DNA of 64,000 bases from an uncultured Gammaproteobacteria bacterium. GTDB lineage: Bacteria; Patescibacteriota; Microgenomatia; Levybacterales; GWA1-39-11. Positions 61,018 through 64,000 of this stretch are shown one piece after another. Positions within the stretch are counted from its first letter, which is position 1. Each line of letters opens with the position of its first letter. The stretch lies in contig CAYRKM010000001.1 of assembly GCA_964425075.1 (NCBI GenBank), forward strand, positions 180,031-244,030, written 5' to 3'. A model generated the notes under the pieces. The model was not told the origin of the DNA. It was given only the letters and a program-made list of their open reading frames with translations, and did not search any database. The translations under genes were made by a program, and so were the position numbers.

Positions 61018-61154
61018 GTAGCTGGAGTGGGCAAATACCAATTTAGATAAATAGTCGAACCCACAATCTCAGCGTTATTTTTAAAATTTGCTGCAGTAGC
61101 TGGAGTGGGGTTCGAACCCACGACCGCCGCGTTACTTTTTAAATTTGTGCACAG
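61018..61154 (-). repeat. tandem truncated copies of the tRNA-Met 3' portion plus spacer (att-site-like fossils)
   Basis: 61097-61135 TAGCTGGAGTGGGGTTCGAACCCACGACCGCCGCGTTAC equals the first 38 nt of the tRNA-Met gene at 61155 with 2 mismatches (acceptor 3' strand through the anticodon-stem 3' half). 61018-61078 is a further degenerate copy with a 21-nt insertion. Each copy is followed by the same spacer, TTTTTAAA(A)TTTG(C)TGCACAG. Confidence 0.6.
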
Positions 61155-61227
61155 TAGCTGGGGTGGGGATCGAACCCACGACCGCCGCGTTATGAATGCG
61201 GTGCTCTAACCAACCGAGCTACCCAGC
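61155..61227 (-). tRNA. tRNA-Met (anticodon CAU; initiator, elongator and Ile-lysidine types not distinguished)
   Basis: Reverse complement: GCTGGGTAGCTCGGTTGGTTAGAGCACCGCATTCATAACGCGGCGGTCGTGGGTTCGATCCCCACCCCAGCTA. Cloverleaf with anticodon loop TTCATAA. Confidence 0.8.
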
Positions 61228-61387
61228 CTTTCACAAATTTAAAAAGAGCACTGATGCGGTGCTTCAGCGCATTTGCCAATGCAAATGTAACCAGCCGACC
61301 CGCCTGCAACGCTTTGCTTGCAATGCGGGCAGGGCTATCCAGCCATACTATGAACGTAATTTTACCATGCAGAGTGCAAAAAACAAA

Positions 61388-61474
61388 ATGGCGGAGGAGG
61401 CGGGATTCGAACCCGCGAGTGCTTACGCACGCATACTTTCCAAGCATGTGGAATGGACCACTATCCGACTCCTC
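61388..61474 (-). tRNA. tRNA-Ser (anticodon GGA), CCA encoded
   Basis: Reverse complement: GGAGGAGTCGGATAGTGGTCCATTCCACATGCTTGGAAAGTATGCGTGCGTAAGCACTCGCGGGTTCGAATCCCGCCTCCTCCGCCA. Long variable arm; anticodon stem catgc/gtatg with loop TTGGAAA. Confidence 0.75.
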
Positions 61475-61556
61475 CTTAATTTTGAAACCAGAGAGTTGGG
61501 CAAGCTCTTCTTCCTTTTGCAAACAAAAGCGTGACCGACTCCTCCAAAACAATTCG

Positions 61557-61994
61557 TTATTTTACCAGGGATTCTATGATTGGCAAAGCTTTTTCAAAAA
61601 CTTTCTTGTCACTTTTATAAGTAATTCTTTCTAACACTTTGTCAGCAGAGATAAATTCTACATTTTCCATTTCCATATCATGTTTTGTAATATCCCCACC
61701 TACATATTCCATTACAAAATAGTAAACGGTTTTCTTAATTGTTTCCCCCTCAAATTTGTACCAATAAGTCACTTTTTCTAGGGGCTTTATAATTTTAGCC
61801 TTAACTCCCGTTTCCTCCTCCACTTCACGAATTGCAGTATCTTCTTTTTTCTCACCCTTTATGTGTTCCTTATCCCCAATAAGTCCTTTTGGAAAAACCC
61901 ATCCATGGTGGTATGAATGCTGAGCCACTAAAATCTCCAAAGAATCATTATTCTTTCTATAAACCACACCACCAGCTGAAAATTCAAACTTCAT
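61557..61994 (-). CDS. NUDIX hydrolase
   Basis: GWVFPKGLIGDKEHIKGEKKEDTAIREVEEETGV is a Nudix box. Confidence 0.8.
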   Translation of the reverse strand: MKFEFSAGGVVYRKNNDSLEILVAQHSYHHGWVFPKGLIGDKEHIKGEKKEDTAIREVEEETGVKAKIIKPLEKVTYWYKFEGETIKKTVYYFVMEYVGGDITKHDMEMENVEFISADKVLERITYKSDKKVFEKALPIIESLVK

Positions 61995-62036
61995 ATTTCG
62001 AGTTAAATTTACTTACACTGATACGCGAGCGTCGAT

Positions 62037-62122
62037 GCGGAGATGAGAGGGTTCGAACCTCTGCGAGACTTTCGCCTCAGCGGTTTTCGAAACCGCCCCG
62101 TTTGACCGCTCCGGCACATCTC
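62037..62122 (-). tRNA. tRNA-Ser (anticodon CGA)
   Basis: Reverse complement: GGAGATGTGCCGGAGCGGTCAAACGGGGCGGTTTCGAAAACCGCTGAGGCGAAAGTCTCGCAGAGGTTCGAACCCTCTCATCTCCG. Long variable arm; anticodon stem gcggt/accgc with loop TTCGAAA. Confidence 0.75.
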
Positions 62123-62231
62123 CTTTTGCTTACACTGAGCTAAGCAAACGTGCGTCCCCGAGTGGGGTCGTTCTGCCGAAGGCAGTTGACACAGTCAACA
62201 AACCAACCTTTGGATCCGACCCGTAAAATTG

Positions 62232-62303
62232 CGCGCCTACCCAGAATCGAACTGGGATCAGCGGCTCCGCAAGCCGCTACTCTATCCTTTAAGCTATAGG
62301 CGC
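62232..62303 (-). tRNA. tRNA-Arg (anticodon GCG, tentative)
   Basis: Reverse complement: GCGCCTATAGCTTAAAGGATAGAGTAGCGGCTTGCGGAGCCGCTGATCCCAGTTCGATTCTGGGTAGGCGCG. Acceptor and T arms pair cleanly; anticodon stem gcggc/gccgc with loop TTGCGGA. The D-arm is short. Confidence 0.6.
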
Positions 62304-62560
62304 CTAAGAAGCGCATACAAGCTATGCTTATAGGCGCAATGCTCTATCAATCACCACTTGCTTCGCAAGGTAAGCTACGGGGACACCATGTTGCATTATA
62401 TCTTAGACTATATAAGCAATCTACTAGAATTATAGCGAATTCGCCAAAAGGCAGATGAGCTATATGAAAGCCTCCTCTTAATTAAAATCAGATGGCTTGA
62501 TTATGAAGTAAGGCATATGAACATAGTGATTATATCAGTTTTGAGGTAAAAAAACTCTTT

Positions 62561-63136
62561 TTAGCGCTCAAGAGGAAAATTCTTTGCTAACCATTCACTA
62601 CTTCTCTCCATAAAAGTCGGCCTCATTACTTCTCTAAAAGGCAGATATTCAATAAGAACTCTTCTTGCATGCTCAACATGCACATCTCCAAGTGGAATTT
62701 TTAGCTCTCCTGGTAAAAAAGCTTGAGTTCTTACAACCAACACATCCGTTCCATCTATTATTTTGAAGTAAAAATCATACAATTCTTCCCAAATATAAAA
62801 ATGGTCCTCAACCTTTATTCCTTGCGTGCTTATTTTGTAATGGAAATTATGAGGTGGAGTTATTGCTAAAGACACTGCAAAAAAGTACAGTGTTCCCACC
62901 ACAAACATCAAAAGATACTCTGAAAAAATAAATAAAATAACCTCAATAAGAAAAACTATCAAAAGACCTGATAGGAAAAATTCTTTGCTTTTCTTTCGAA
63001 ATGGTCTACCTGGAGCACTCCAAGAAAGCAAAGTCTTTACGTCAGAATAATGAGACTTCGGTTCTTTCTCCATAACTCTACTATGGCAGATAAAAAGGGT
63101 TAAAATCAAGCCTTCGCTGCGCTCAGGCCAGGCCAT
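62561..63136 (-). CDS. membrane protein (2 TM plus a C-terminal cytoplasmic domain), hypothetical
   Basis: Hydrophobic helices FLSGLLIVFLIEVILFIFSEYLLMFVVGTLYFFAVSLAI. No catalytic motif recognised. Confidence 0.4.
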   Translation of the reverse strand: MAWPERSEGLILTLFICHSRVMEKEPKSHYSDVKTLLSWSAPGRPFRKKSKEFFLSGLLIVFLIEVILFIFSEYLLMFVVGTLYFFAVSLAITPPHNFHYKISTQGIKVEDHFYIWEELYDFYFKIIDGTDVLVVRTQAFLPGELKIPLGDVHVEHARRVLIEYLPFREVMRPTFMERSSEWLAKNFPLER

Positions 63137-63172
63137 TTAACATGTTCAGAGAGAAAAGTTTGTGAGGGAAAA

Positions 63173-63988
63173 TTAAAGCTCTTGAAGAATAGTGCTTTCT
63201 CCGGTCTTGTGGTCTTTCACGTATTGAAGATAACGCTCTGTTGAAGAAAGTCTTTTGTGTCCTAATACTTTAGAAAGGAAAACAAGAGAAATTCCTCCCT
63301 TTAAGTGATGGGCAACAAAAGTGTGTCGAAGATCATTTATTTTTACGTTCTCAATTCCTGCTTTTTTAAAGTATCTTTCAACTGCATCCCTAATGTTTCT
63401 AACTAAGAATGGTCTGCCAGTTTTGGTAACAAAAACATGCTTGCTTTCAGTATTTGGGCGAATCTCCAAGTATCTTTTCAATGCTTCTTTTGCTCGTCTG
63501 TTAAGAGGTACTTCTCGTGCCTCATGACCTTCGTAGGGCTTTATGTGAATTGTTGCATCATTTATATCATCCAACTCAAGCGCTGCAAGCTCTCCAATTC
63601 TAATTCCAGTTTGAAGTAAAACTTCAATAATTGCATAAATTCTTGGGTCAACAGAAGCTGCATCTCTTAAAGCTCTATACTCCAAAAGAGAAAGGATTCG
63701 TGGGGGATTTAGCTCATACTTTGGATGCTCAACCATTAAAGATGGGTCATCTGTTACATACTCATTTACTTTTAGGTATCTGTAAAAAGTTCTTGTTGAA
63801 TTGAGCTTTCTTGAAAGAGATTTCGGTGTATATCCTTCACCCTGAAGTTTTGCCAAAAAAGCCTGAATGTCACTGCCCTTAACATCGTGAATGTTTAACT
63901 TTTCGCTTGTTTCAAGAAAATTTATGAGCTGCTCTATGTCTTTTCCATAAGCAAGAACCGTCGCAGAGGCACGGTTTTTTGACTTCAA
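63173..63988 (-). CDS. xer: tyrosine site-specific recombinase (XerC/XerD-like)
   Basis: N-terminal SAM-like core-binding domain (LAYGKDIEQLINFLE...RKLNSTRTFYRYL) and catalytic residues in ...DLRHTFVAHHL... and LGHKRLSSTERYLQ (the R...H-x-x-R...Y tetrad). Confidence 0.8.
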   Translation of the reverse strand: MKSKNRASATVLAYGKDIEQLINFLETSEKLNIHDVKGSDIQAFLAKLQGEGYTPKSLSRKLNSTRTFYRYLKVNEYVTDDPSLMVEHPKYELNPPRILSLLEYRALRDAASVDPRIYAIIEVLLQTGIRIGELAALELDDINDATIHIKPYEGHEAREVPLNRRAKEALKRYLEIRPNTESKHVFVTKTGRPFLVRNIRDAVERYFKKAGIENVKINDLRHTFVAHHLKGGISLVFLSKVLGHKRLSSTERYLQYVKDHKTGESTILQEL

Positions 63989-64000
63989 AAAATCCTGAAA

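Overview
This window looks like an AT-rich bacterial chromosome segment, with about 35-40% GC outside the rRNA genes (estimated by eye). Small genes, an unlinked rRNA locus and an insertion inside the 23S gene suggest a reduced genome of the Patescibacteria/CPR type; that placement is inference only. Contents from start to end: (1) 1-8.7 kb, all on the minus strand: a secretome locus holding at least five divergent paralogs of a Cys-rich, membrane-anchored protein family I cannot name, with a secreted HExxH metalloprotease and a lipoprotein embedded in it, followed by three more small secreted or anchored proteins. (2) A Crp/Fnr regulator and an orphan FabD-like acyltransferase. (3) A minus-strand tRNA-Ala(UGC)-23S-5S rRNA operon with no 16S gene; the 23S carries a roughly 470-nt AT-rich insertion at the equivalent of E. 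coli position 2500, which I read as a putative group I intron; the 5S flanks are duplicated. (4) Housekeeping genes purN, trxB and trx, two tandem GT2 glycosyltransferases, an EndoQ-like PHP nuclease, a cyclase-family protein and a methyltransferase. (5) A dense dTTP-synthesis and nucleotide-sanitation cluster: an NDK with a large insertion, folA, a deoxyribosyltransferase-like protein, Nudix, thyA, dcd and two tmk paralogs. (6) DNA-repair and other genes: MGMT, a DUF2207 protein, an APH-like kinase, and a translationally coupled Fic-then-ATP-dependent DNA ligase operon; recF, NAD(P)HX dehydratase, a UMP-kinase-like protein, a DsbA-like protein with a CxxC membrane partner, a tandem MazG-like protein, Nudix, fpg, a GT4 glycosyltransferase and a FEN-type 5'-3' exonuclease. 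(7) A compositionally foreign block of about 3.2 kb at roughly 60% GC (49.1-52.3 kb). It carries a CGPY thioredoxin-like gene and two secreted proteins that share the same RBS, start and signal-peptide cassette and the same AT-rich upstream element, plus a field of perfect GC hairpins. This is either a horizontally acquired island or an assembly chimera. (8) A TraG/VirD4/HerA-like P-loop ATPase, ftsH, yidD, an acylphosphatase, trpS, murD and murI. (9) A tRNA cluster (Met, Ser-GGA, Ser-CGA, Arg-GCG) with a tandem array of truncated tRNA-Met 3' copies that look like att-site fossils, a third Nudix gene, a membrane protein and a Xer-like tyrosine recombinase. No CRISPR array was seen. All product calls rest on motifs read directly from the translations; no database searches were run.
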